Under the pieces are notes generated by a model, which saw nothing but the letters and a program-made list of their open reading frames with translations, had not been told where the DNA came from and did no database searches. From the NCBI GenBank assembly GCA_037441385.1, contig JBBISH010000004.1:32001-96000 (forward strand): a DNA stretch of 64,000 nucleotides, given 5' to 3'. Positions 18,886 through 27,944 of this stretch are shown here, one piece after another (positions within the stretch are counted from its first letter, which is position 1; each line of letters starts with the position of its first letter). The stretch comes from Myxococcales bacterium (lineage in GTDB: Bacteria; Myxococcota_A; UBA9042). Made by a program: the position numbers and the translations under genes.

Positions 18886-20277
18886 TCAGATCGTCCGAAT
18901 CGGTAGCGCCGGTGCAGCCCCCGGCCGGAGCATGGGGCCGGCCATCGATGTCCCCGTGGGGGCCGCGCGGACCGCGGGCGAGGCTGGCTCGACCTCGTGG
19001 AACGCGCGCGCGCCAGCCACGACGAGCGCTGGCGCCACCCAGACCAAGTTGCGCACGATGTCCGTCAAGGACTGGCTAGAGACGATGACCGAGACCAGGT
19101 GGGCAAAGGCGGCCATCAGGTAGATGCGCTCTGGGCCTTGGACGCGGAAGTTGCGGACGAACTGAGCAATCCCGACGAGTTGCGCAATGACGTACGCCGC
19201 TACCGCTGGAATGCCAAAGGCGACCAGGCCCGAGAGGGGACCGTTGTGGATCGCGGTCACTGTTCCCGTTAGATACAGGTTGCGGAGCTGCCAGCCCGAC
19301 GCGCCCAGGCCAAACATGGGCGCCTCTGAAAACGTCTCGAAGGCCAGGCTGTTCAACGCCATGCGCCCCGACGTGATGTCGCCGTGATCTTCGTTGGCGA
19401 ACTCGCCGATACCGAAAGAGCCCAACACGCGGTAGGCGTAGGCTTCGGGGGCAAAATAGAACAGCGTCGCCGCCAGCGCGACGAGGAGCAGCATGCCGCG
19501 CATCGCGCTGCGGACATTGTTGCTGGTCGCCAAGCCAAAGGCGGCGGTCGCGGCCACCATCGCCAGCGTGCCGCCGCGCGATGCCGATGCGAATTCCGAG
19601 TACACGGCCGCAATTACGCCAAGCGTGCCCAAGGCCCGCAGCAACTTGGCATTGGTCTGGTCCAGGAACAAGGCCAAGCCAAACGGCAGAATCCGCGCCG
19701 CGGTCTCGCCGGTCCAGTTGGGCTCGGCACAGAAGCCTGCGGCACGCGCGGCCGCGAGGTCGCCGCTGCTCGACTGGTGCATGAGCGGGATCGACAGCGC
19801 CAAGGCCAACGACACCAAGGTGTAGCCAATCGCGACCCGGCGCAGGCCGCCCGGACGCGAGGCGGCGCGCCACACCATGAGGATCTGGATGAAGGACGCC
19901 GTCAGCGTCAGGATCAAGATCGCGGGCTCGATGGTCATCGCCATCGTCTCGCCCACCATGGCCCACACGGCAAAGAAGACGAAGGGGACGACGACCGACG
20001 CCGAAGGCAGCCGCCAGACGCCGGTGCGGAACGACTCGAGGATGGCGGCGGCCAAAGCCAAGGGCGCCCAGAACTTGACGGGCGTGATGCCACCGCCCAG
20101 GTCGATCTGGACCGGAGCGAGCGCCAGCGAGGTGATCGCCATGACGTCGGGTCGGCGAAACAGCGCGGGCCCGACCATGCCGGCCACCGCGACCAAGATC
20201 CCCTGCGCCCACAGGTCGGCCAGCATCAGCGACAAACCGATCGCCGTGGCGACCATGGCGATGGCCAGTTGGTTCAT
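18886..20277 (-). CDS. O-antigen ligase (Wzy_C) family membrane protein
   Basis: About 12 TM segments; GFCAEPN, SASRGG, TSGRMAL, PMFGLG, AIHN motifs. Confidence 0.8.
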   Translation of the reverse strand: MNQLAIAMVATAIGLSLMLADLWAQGILVAVAGMVGPALFRRPDVMAITSLALAPVQIDLGGGITPVKFWAPLALAAAILESFRTGVWRLPSASVVVPFVFFAVWAMVGETMAMTIEPAILILTLTASFIQILMVWRAASRPGGLRRVAIGYTLVSLALALSIPLMHQSSSGDLAAARAAGFCAEPNWTGETAARILPFGLALFLDQTNAKLLRALGTLGVIAAVYSEFASASRGGTLAMVAATAAFGLATSNNVRSAMRGMLLLVALAATLFYFAPEAYAYRVLGSFGIGEFANEDHGDITSGRMALNSLAFETFSEAPMFGLGASGWQLRNLYLTGTVTAIHNGPLSGLVAFGIPAVAAYVIAQLVGIAQFVRNFRVQGPERIYLMAAFAHLVSVIVSSQSLTDIVRNLVWVAPALVVAGARAFHEVEPASPAVRAAPTGTSMAGPMLRPGAAPALPIRTI

Positions 20278-22481
20278 GCGCGCACGGCTCCGTTGGCGCC
20301 CGCGGCCGGGGTGGCTTGGGCATGCAGGTCGATATGCCGCAACAATTCGCGCATCTTCTCGCTCAGGGCAGCTAGCTTGACCTGGTCCTCGACGATGCGC
20401 TTGGCCACCTCGGCCGCGCGCCGCGAGGCGTCTTCTAGTTGCGCCACCAGCTTCTTGCGCAAATCGGCGGCGACGGTGCCCGGCGGCAGCGAGTCCAGGT
20501 TGCCTTGGATGCGCCGCTGCTCTTGATCCAGCGTGTCGCGCTGCTGGGTCAGGTTCTGCATGTCGAGCTGCAGCTTGGCAATTTCTTCTTGAGTCGCCAA
20601 CACGTCGCGAATCGGCCCCGCGATGGCGTCTTGTGGTTTGGCGTTCTCCAAGTAGAACTTGAGCGCGGCGATGACGGGGCCGGTCAGTCCGGCCTCGACC
20701 ACCGAAATCGGCGTCTCTTCTACAAAAGTGACCTCAGCCTTGGCCTTGGCAGCCACTGCAACGGGCAGGTACACATCGTCGCCGGTCTGCACCAAATCCT
20801 TGGGCGGCGCCACGATTTGCGTGCCGCGAATGCGGGGCAACCGCACATAGGCGACGCTGGGCTCGTCGCGATTGGACTGCAGGCGCACCGTCCGCGTGTG
20901 GCGCTGCTTGCCCTGCAGGGTGATGCGGCTGTCGACGATGCGGACCAGGCGCAGTTCGTCCGTTTTGCTGCTGTAGTCCAGGTTCAACGCCAGGCCGGCT
21001 TCGCGCGCATAGGGCACAAACGTCACTTCGTCCTTGCCCAGGCGGGCGATGAAGCCCTCGCCAGCAAAAGTGCCGTCGACGTAAAGGGTAATCGGCCCCG
21101 CCTCTAGGGCGCTCTGCTTGCCGTTGCGCAGCAGCACGGCGCGGTACGGCGACTGGCCCGACTGCGGATCGCGGAACAAGAACACGTCTTGGCCGTCGAT
21201 TTTGCGCGACACGATGTTGATGAGCGCCGCCGAGCGATCGGGGACCGTGACCGGGCGCTGCGCGCGATAGGTGTACAGAGCGCCGACCTCGCGGCCCGTC
21301 ACCAGGGCCTGCGCCTGCTGCATAGCGGCCTCGCGGCGGGCGGTCTCTTGCTGGGCGCGGGCGCGCTCGTACTGGCTTTCGCGGGGCATGTCGTCGTCGG
21401 CCGCGGCTGGGGCCGGCGCATGGTCGGCCTTGGGCTTCTTGTATGCAGCGGCCGGGCGACCACCGCCACCCTTGGCACTTTCGCGGTAGGCGGGCGAAGG
21501 CGGGGGAGGCGGCGCCGGAGCCTCGTCGGCTGGGGCCACGTAACCAGCCTCGGCTTCTGGCGGGGCTTCGGCGGCCTGGGGCAACCGATTGGACAGATCC
21601 GGGCGAGGCACCTTGTGCGGCGTGTGCAAGTCGTAGCGGAACGACAGCGGCGAGCCCACAACTAGAGTCAGATCCACGTCTTTCCAGGTCTCGCCCGAGA
21701 CGTTGTCGACGATCGCCCAGCCTTGCAGCGTCACGCCCTTGCCCTGCTCGACCCACGCGCGGTAGGCGGGCCGCCACACCGGCACTTCGTGGATGTAGCT
21801 GACCAGCAAGTCGTGACTGCCGTCGTCGGCCAGGCGGATCTGCACGGCCACGGGCTTCCAGCTGCCGTCGCGGCGCGCCAGATCCAGGCTCTGCTCGACG
21901 CCCAGCGCCAATGCGCGGTCGCCGATGACGACCTTGTTGATCCCCGACAGCGGCACCGACTGCAGCGTTTCACCAGCAGAAAGCAGCGTCAGCATCGCGA
22001 CTTGTTCGGTCTTGCCGTCGCCCTGCGCTTCGCCCCGCTCGACGCCGACCACCTTGCCGGAGAAGCTGCCGGCCGAACCCTCGACCTGGACTTGCGCGCC
22101 ACGCAGCGCCGTGAGCAGGCCCTGCAAGCCCCCGACGTTGCGGACCTGCGCCGGCAACTGCGCGGCCAATTCGTCGCCACTGCGCTCGACCGGCAGGCTG
22201 ACCGAAGCGGCGACACTCCCAGACAAGTCGAGCACGGTCAAAGACTTCAAGACGTCGTTGATCTGGTCTGGCCGCACGCGCAGCTCGATATCGCGGCCGC
22301 GCACGCTGCCGTGGCGCTCGAAGTAGCCCACGCCATTTTGGTACAGCACCACCTTGGTGACGGGAAGGTCGGCACCTTGCGTTTCAACGACTTGCGGGGC
22401 CGAGCACGCGCTGAGTAGCGCCGCCGACAGTACGCAACTGGGCGCGAGCGCGCGAACTGCGGCCGGGAAAGAAATCGACAT
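20274..22481 (-). CDS. DUF4139-domain lipoprotein
   Basis: Lipobox LSAC; LPVTKVVLYQNGVGYFE, INDVLKSL, PVWRPAYR, LQGWAIVDNVSGETWKDVDLTLVVG; C-terminal coiled coil. Confidence 0.8.
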   Translation of the reverse strand: MSISFPAAVRALAPSCVLSAALLSACSAPQVVETQGADLPVTKVVLYQNGVGYFERHGSVRGRDIELRVRPDQINDVLKSLTVLDLSGSVAASVSLPVERSGDELAAQLPAQVRNVGGLQGLLTALRGAQVQVEGSAGSFSGKVVGVERGEAQGDGKTEQVAMLTLLSAGETLQSVPLSGINKVVIGDRALALGVEQSLDLARRDGSWKPVAVQIRLADDGSHDLLVSYIHEVPVWRPAYRAWVEQGKGVTLQGWAIVDNVSGETWKDVDLTLVVGSPLSFRYDLHTPHKVPRPDLSNRLPQAAEAPPEAEAGYVAPADEAPAPPPPPSPAYRESAKGGGGRPAAAYKKPKADHAPAPAAADDDMPRESQYERARAQQETARREAAMQQAQALVTGREVGALYTYRAQRPVTVPDRSAALINIVSRKIDGQDVFLFRDPQSGQSPYRAVLLRNGKQSALEAGPITLYVDGTFAGEGFIARLGKDEVTFVPYAREAGLALNLDYSSKTDELRLVRIVDSRITLQGKQRHTRTVRLQSNRDEPSVAYVRLPRIRGTQIVAPPKDLVQTGDDVYLPVAVAAKAKAEVTFVEETPISVVEAGLTGPVIAALKFYLENAKPQDAIAGPIRDVLATQEEIAKLQLDMQNLTQQRDTLDQEQRRIQGNLDSLPPGTVAADLRKKLVAQLEDASRRAAEVAKRIVEDQVKLAALSEKMRELLRHIDLHAQATPAAGANGAVRA

Positions 22482-22682
22482 CCTCGCTCCTTGGAACTGC
22501 GCCGCACCCCGCAGCCATTGTGCCAACGCCTTGGGCCATTCGCAATTGGCTGAAAACCTACTAGTACGCAAAATCTCAAGTTCGTTCGGGGTTGCAGTCG
22601 TTAGCGTACTAGGCGGCGTGAGCCACACGCGGGAGTCGCAGGGGGCGGTTGTCCAAGAGTGCGCGGCGCGCTCCCTTGGCAT

Positions 22683-22706
22683 TTTCTACCTAGCTTTCTA
22701 CCTAGC
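22683..22706. repeat. Perfect 12-bp tandem duplication (TTTCTACCTAGC x2)
   Basis: Directly visible; spans the stop codon of the 22702-24153 gene. Confidence 0.8.
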
Positions 22707-24153
22707 GCGGCCACTCGGTCAAAGCGCCGGCCACGCCGGTGTCGAGCCAGACCCAATCGAGCTGGCCGCGCTGGCCATTGGTCCACGCCGTCCACCCTTG
22801 CGTATCACGCGCAAGCCGGCTCAGGTCCGCATCCGCTCCGCGCAGCTGCTGTGCGGGATCGACGAGCCAGGCTGCCGCGCGGTCCAAATCGCCTTGGGTG
22901 CCCACCGCCGCCACAGAGCCAAGGACCCGCCGCTGCAGCGGGCAATTCGAGTCGCCCTGCGGCGTTGGCGCGTCTGTCGGCAGGGTGGCACCGGCGCGGA
23001 GCGGCGCCAAGGCCAGCAAGCACGGCCCCGTCTTGACCCATGCGACGGGCCCGACCAGCCACTGCTGCCAGTCGCGCCGGTCGGAAAAATCGGGAAAGGC
23101 CGCTTGGAGTTGGGTAGAGGGGGCCAGCGTGGCGGTCAGCATCGGCCAGCTTCGGCGCGGCAAGCGCACGACCCCAGCCTGCCCCGCTTGAGCGACGACG
23201 GCAGGCAGCAAGGGTGCCATGTCTTGGTCGGCTTGGATATCCAAGTGATCCTTTAGGAAAATCACGCCCTTTTGCCCTGTCCCCAGGTGGGTCTGCACGC
23301 GCACGAGCTCGCCGTCGTCGCGCAACGCGGCGGCCACCCAGGTCAGGTGCGGCAGGCCTTCGCGCCACGGCGCCAGCGACCCCTGTTCGGGCAGTTGCGC
23401 GGCCAGCCAAGCGCGAGCCACGCTGCCCCGCACGAATACGCGTGCCTGGCCGCCGCCCACCCGCTCGATCGACTCACGAAACTCTTTGTCTTTACCAAGG
23501 TTAGCCGGCACACCCGCGACCGCCAACCCAGCCAGCGCGGCGATGGGATCGGCGGGGGTCCCCGTTGCGGTGGGCGCGTCAGCCAGGAACGCCGCCACCC
23601 ACAGACCGGGCACCGACTTGGCCGCCGCCAGCACGGTGCCGTCGCTGGCCGTCTGCACTTGCACGCCCAAGCGTTCTGCCCACTTGCCGTCGCCCGGCAG
23701 CCCCAACCCGGTTTGCCAGGCGGGCAGCCACTTGGTCAGGGGCTGCGGCGCGCCGGTCGCCGCGGGAATGGCCGCCAGCCAAAGCGCTCCGCGGCGACAC
23801 ACCGCCCATGCTTGCCCAGAGTCCAGCCCAGCCAGTGAACCGGACTGCTGCAGCGGCGCGGCCCAAGTCCGAGCCAAGGTCGCCAACGCGTTGGGTGTTG
23901 CAGGGTGCTGCGCCAGCCGTTGCAGCGCGGGGCCCGCTTCAGATGGGCGGTCGAGCAAGACCACCGCGTCGCAATCCCCGGGCAACGCGCCAAACACCGG
24001 GTCGGTGTCCTCGCCGTGCATCAGCATCCAGCCGCTCCAGATGGCGCCGGTGGCCGAAACCAAGAACATGACGATGAAAATGGCCGCCGCTGTGGTGGTG
24101 CGGCGGGCGCTGGCGGGCGGAGACGGTGGAGCAGCAGGCGGGGGCGTCGACAT
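22702..24153 (-). CDS. Hypothetical membrane-anchored protein
   Basis: Long ORF in the local gene orientation with a single N-terminal TM segment (AAAIFIVMFLVSATGAIW). Confidence 0.65.
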   Translation of the reverse strand: MSTPPPAAPPSPPASARRTTTAAAIFIVMFLVSATGAIWSGWMLMHGEDTDPVFGALPGDCDAVVLLDRPSEAGPALQRLAQHPATPNALATLARTWAAPLQQSGSLAGLDSGQAWAVCRRGALWLAAIPAATGAPQPLTKWLPAWQTGLGLPGDGKWAERLGVQVQTASDGTVLAAAKSVPGLWVAAFLADAPTATGTPADPIAALAGLAVAGVPANLGKDKEFRESIERVGGGQARVFVRGSVARAWLAAQLPEQGSLAPWREGLPHLTWVAAALRDDGELVRVQTHLGTGQKGVIFLKDHLDIQADQDMAPLLPAVVAQAGQAGVVRLPRRSWPMLTATLAPSTQLQAAFPDFSDRRDWQQWLVGPVAWVKTGPCLLALAPLRAGATLPTDAPTPQGDSNCPLQRRVLGSVAAVGTQGDLDRAAAWLVDPAQQLRGADADLSRLARDTQGWTAWTNGQRGQLDWVWLDTGVAGALTEWPR

Positions 24154-24196
24154 GCGCAAGAGGATCGCAAACCGCCGCGACGGCCGCAAGCGCCGG

Positions 24197-24760
24197 CTAC
24201 AGGGCCCCGCGCATGCGCCTGGCCACGCGCACCAATTCTTTGCCCTGCGTCTCCAGGGTAGTCCTCAGGGCGGCGTCGAGCGGTTGCCCTTGCGCGTCAA
24301 AGGCTTGCCAAGCGCGTTCCACCGGCGCCACCAAGGGCAACGTCAGTCCGCGCAGCGAGCGGACCATCGGCTCCATCGCGTTGATGCCCTGCATGGCCTG
24401 CACGCCGCCCGCACAGCAGCCGAGGGCGATGACTTTGTCGGTCAGGTAGGCCGACGGGGCCGTTCGGAGCAATTCGAGCCAATCGATCGCGTTCTTGAAC
24501 AAGCCGCTGACTGAACCGTGGTACAGGGGCGTGATCCACACCATCGCGTCGGCTGCGCCAGCGGCCTCGACCCAACGCAATACATCGGGCGTTGGCGTCA
24601 GGCGATGTTCGTACAGAGGGATGTCCAGGGCGCCAAGGTCAAACACCTGAGTCTCGGCCCCCGCCTCGCGTGCCGCCGCCAAGACCAAATCCAGGGCGGT
24701 TCGCGTGGACTTACCGCCGTCTTTTGCGCCGGCCAGGCCGACAATTCGCACCCCCTGCAT
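24197..24760 (-). CDS. NADPH-dependent FMN reductase (flavodoxin-like)
   Basis: ADAMVWITPLYHGSVSGLFKNAIDWL, LTDKVIAL. Confidence 0.85.
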   Translation of the reverse strand: MQGVRIVGLAGAKDGGKSTRTALDLVLAAAREAGAETQVFDLGALDIPLYEHRLTPTPDVLRWVEAAGAADAMVWITPLYHGSVSGLFKNAIDWLELLRTAPSAYLTDKVIALGCCAGGVQAMQGINAMEPMVRSLRGLTLPLVAPVERAWQAFDAQGQPLDAALRTTLETQGKELVRVARRMRGAL

Positions 24761-24932
24761 CGCCAGGCCCCCACAGCTACCCAAGCGGGCAGCGCGGCGG
24801 CAAATCTAGCGAGTCGCGGCGGTGGCGACAAGCGAGGCAGACGGTTCGCCAAGGGTTGGCGCGAGCTTGGCGATACTGCGGGCCTATGTCACACTCGCAG
24901 CATTGCCTGCCCCGACAGGACTTGGAGGCCCC

Positions 24933-26156
24933 GTGCACGTCATCCTCATTGCCCCGCACTTCCCAGCAAATCAACGGCAATTCGCCAGGGCTCTGCGGCA
25001 AGTCGGCGCCTACGTGACCGGCATCGGCGAGTGGCCGGTCAGCAGCCTGGGCGACGACCTGCGCGGCTGGCTGGATGCCTACGAACAGGTGGGCAACGTG
25101 TGCAACGACGACATGCTGCTCGCGGCCGTACGCAAGATTCAGCAGCGCGGTCCTTGGGTTCACCGGCTAGAGGCCACGGTCGAGTCGCACATCCTGGCGG
25201 CGGCGCGCGTGCGCGAGCTGACCGGCATCCCGGGCCTGTCGGTGCGCAACGCCATCTTGTGCCGCGACAAGCCGACGATGAAAGAGTTCTTGCGCGACAA
25301 CGGTGTGGCGTGCGCGCAGTCGACCGGCGCGGACTCGGTGGATGAGGCTGTGGCCTTTGCCAACCGCGTGGGCTACCCGCTGATCTTGAAGCCGCGCGCC
25401 GGAGCTGGCGCCTCGGGGACCAGCAAGGTGGGTAACGAGGCGCAACTGCGCGCCGCGTGTCAGGAATTCAACCTGGGCCACGGCGGCTCGTGCGCGGTGG
25501 AAGAGTTCATCGAGGGCCACGAGGGCTTCTATGACACGCTGTCGATCGACAGCAAGCCGGCGCTCGAATTCGTCACACACTACTTCCCCGGCGTGCTCGA
25601 GTCGATGCGCGAGCGCTGGATCACCCCGTACTTCATCACTACCAACCGCTTGAACGCGCCCGGCTACGACGAGGTCAAGCAGATGGGCCGCCGCGTCGTT
25701 GCCGCGATGGATTTGGGGACCACACCCACGCACATGGAGTGGTTCTACGGCCCCAAGGGCTTGAAGTTCAGCGAGATTGGCGCACGGCCGCCGGGCGTGG
25801 GCACCTGGGATCTATACTGCGCCGCCAACGGCTTTGACCTGTACCGGCAGTGGGCGATGGCGGTGGTGCACGGCCGCCTGGACCAGCAGCCGTCGCGGCA
25901 GTTCTCGGCGGCGATGATCTCGCTCCGTCCCGACAAAGACGGCATCATCGCGGGTTACAGCGGCTTTGACCAAGTGCAGCGCGAGGTGGGGCACTGCTTG
26001 ATCGATGCGCACCTGCCGCCGCCCGGAACACCGACCCAGCCGGTCGAGGCCGGCTATATGGCCAACGCGTGGGTGCGGTTGAAGCACCCCGACTACGACG
26101 CGCTGCGCCAGATCTGCGAGTGGATCGGCCGGACGGTGCACGTGTACGCGCGCTAG
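24933..26156 (+). CDS. ATP-grasp domain protein (peptide/amide ligase-like)
   Basis: CRDKPTMKE, GYPLILKPRAGAGA, VEEFIEGHE, THMEWF, FSEIGARPPG; GGAGG RBS before GTG 24933. Confidence 0.88.
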   Translation: MHVILIAPHFPANQRQFARALRQVGAYVTGIGEWPVSSLGDDLRGWLDAYEQVGNVCNDDMLLAAVRKIQQRGPWVHRLEATVESHILAAARVRELTGIPGLSVRNAILCRDKPTMKEFLRDNGVACAQSTGADSVDEAVAFANRVGYPLILKPRAGAGASGTSKVGNEAQLRAACQEFNLGHGGSCAVEEFIEGHEGFYDTLSIDSKPALEFVTHYFPGVLESMRERWITPYFITTNRLNAPGYDEVKQMGRRVVAAMDLGTTPTHMEWFYGPKGLKFSEIGARPPGVGTWDLYCAANGFDLYRQWAMAVVHGRLDQQPSRQFSAAMISLRPDKDGIIAGYSGFDQVQREVGHCLIDAHLPPPGTPTQPVEAGYMANAWVRLKHPDYDALRQICEWIGRTVHVYAR

Positions 26157-26201
26157 CCGGCCCCAGCCCACGATCCCCTTCCAAGTCAGCGAGGTGCGCG
26201 C

Positions 26202-27419
26202 ATGCGCGTGGTGTTTCTGTCGCCGAACTACCCACCCGAGATGCCCGAGTTTACCCGCGGCCTGGCCGAAGTGGGCGCCGAGGTGTGGGGCCTGGGCCAC
26301 GACCCGGTCGAGTCGCTGCACCCGCAGGTGCGCCGCTATCTGAGCGGCTACATTCGGGTTCCCAACCTGCTGGACCTTGAAAACGCCGTGCGCCATGCGG
26401 TGCCGCAGCTCGAGCGGTTGCGCCCGGACCGCATCGAGTGCTTGTGGGAAGTAGGCGTTGAGTTGGCGGCGCGGTTGCGGCAAGAGCTGGACGTGTGGGG
26501 CCAAAGGCCAGACGACGCCAAGGCTTTCCGCGACAAGGACACGATGAAGCTGCGGCTGGAGGCGGCGGGGCTGCGTGTGCCCAAACACGCGCGCGTTCGC
26601 AGCGCGACGGAGGTCCGCGCGGCCGCCGAGCGGATCGGCTACCCGCTGATCCTCAAGCCAATCGACGGCGCCGGCACCCGCGATACGCACCGCGTGGACA
26701 ATGCCACCGAGCTGGAGTCGGTGCTGCGCCAAGTGGCCCACGTGCCCGAGATGAGCTTGGAAGAGTTCATCGACGGCGAGGAATTTACCTACGACACGGT
26801 GTGCATCGGCGGCGAGGTGGCGTTCGACTCGATCGCCCAGTACCACCCGCGGCCGCTGATCTCGCGCAGCACCGAGTGGATCAGTCCGGCGCAGATCGTG
26901 TTTGCAAATCCGCATGTTCCGCAGTTGGAGGCGGGGGTCAAGTTTGGCCGCGACGTGCTCAAGGCCATGGGCATGGGCACCGGCTTTACCCACATGGAGT
27001 GGTACCGCACCAGCAAGGGCGAGATCGTTTTTGGCGAGATTGCCGCGCGCGCCCCCGGCGGTCGGCTCGTAGACCAGATGAACTATGCCAACGACTTCGA
27101 CGTGTACCGCGAGTGGGCGCGCGCCGTTTGCTGGGGCAGCTTTGAGGCCAAGGCTCAGCGCCGCTATCACGTGGCCTGCGTCTTCAAGCGCGCCCAGGGC
27201 GAGGGTCGGATTGCGGCCGTCCGCGGGTTGCAGGCGGCGCGTCAGCAGTTGGGCAACTACTTGGTGGTCGAGGACTTGCTGCCCATCGGCGCCCATCGTC
27301 GCGACTGGAAGCAGACCCTGCTGTCAGACGGTTGCCTGATCGCCCGCCACCCGGACTACGACACGGCGCAGCGCATGATGAAGCTGCTGGTCGAGCAAGT
27401 GCACCTGTACGCGCGCTAG
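26202..27419 (+). CDS. ATP-grasp domain protein (paralogue of upstream gene)
   Basis: FRDKDTMK, GYPLILKPIDGAG, LEEFIDGEEF, THMEWY, FGEIAARAPG. Confidence 0.88.
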   Translation: MRVVFLSPNYPPEMPEFTRGLAEVGAEVWGLGHDPVESLHPQVRRYLSGYIRVPNLLDLENAVRHAVPQLERLRPDRIECLWEVGVELAARLRQELDVWGQRPDDAKAFRDKDTMKLRLEAAGLRVPKHARVRSATEVRAAAERIGYPLILKPIDGAGTRDTHRVDNATELESVLRQVAHVPEMSLEEFIDGEEFTYDTVCIGGEVAFDSIAQYHPRPLISRSTEWISPAQIVFANPHVPQLEAGVKFGRDVLKAMGMGTGFTHMEWYRTSKGEIVFGEIAARAPGGRLVDQMNYANDFDVYREWARAVCWGSFEAKAQRRYHVACVFKRAQGEGRIAAVRGLQAARQQLGNYLVVEDLLPIGAHRRDWKQTLLSDGCLIARHPDYDTAQRMMKLLVEQVHLYAR

Positions 27420-27434
27420 CCATGGGAGCCGGAC

Positions 27435-27941
27435 GTGACGCCGGAATTCGCCGAATACCAAGCTGTTCTGGCCAAGGTCGACGCCAAGTTCGCGGAGATC
27501 GTGGGCCTGCGCCCCGCCCACTACGCCTGTACGGCCGGTTGCCACAGCTGCTGCCTGCCCGACCTGAGTGTGGCACGGATCGAGGCCGCGCATATCCGCG
27601 CCTGGCTTGCGGAAAACCCAGAGGCCTTGGCTCGGGTCCGGGCCGCGCTGGCCGAGCGCCCCCACGGCCACACGCGCTGCGCCCTACTTGATACATCGGG
27701 TCAGTGCACCATCTACCCGGTGCGGCCCATGCTGTGTCGCGCCCACGGCGTGCCGGTGCGCGTGCGCGAAGGCGAGCGGCTGGACGTGTGCCCCAAGAAC
27801 TTGGTGAATGTGCCGCTCGAGTCGCTGGCGGCCGGAGAATGCATCGACCAGAACCTGTTGGCCACGCTCCTGTTCGTGGTCGGTCGCCGCCGCGATCCCG
27901 GCGACGACGGCAGTCGCATTCCGTTGGCCGAGCTGGTCTAG
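27435..27941 (+). CDS. YkgJ-family (CxxGCxxCC) cysteine-cluster protein
   Basis: CTAGCHSCC, CALL, CTIYPVRPMLCRAHG. Confidence 0.85.
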   Translation: MTPEFAEYQAVLAKVDAKFAEIVGLRPAHYACTAGCHSCCLPDLSVARIEAAHIRAWLAENPEALARVRAALAERPHGHTRCALLDTSGQCTIYPVRPMLCRAHGVPVRVREGERLDVCPKNLVNVPLESLAAGECIDQNLLATLLFVVGRRRDPGDDGSRIPLAELV

Positions 27942-27944
27942 TCG

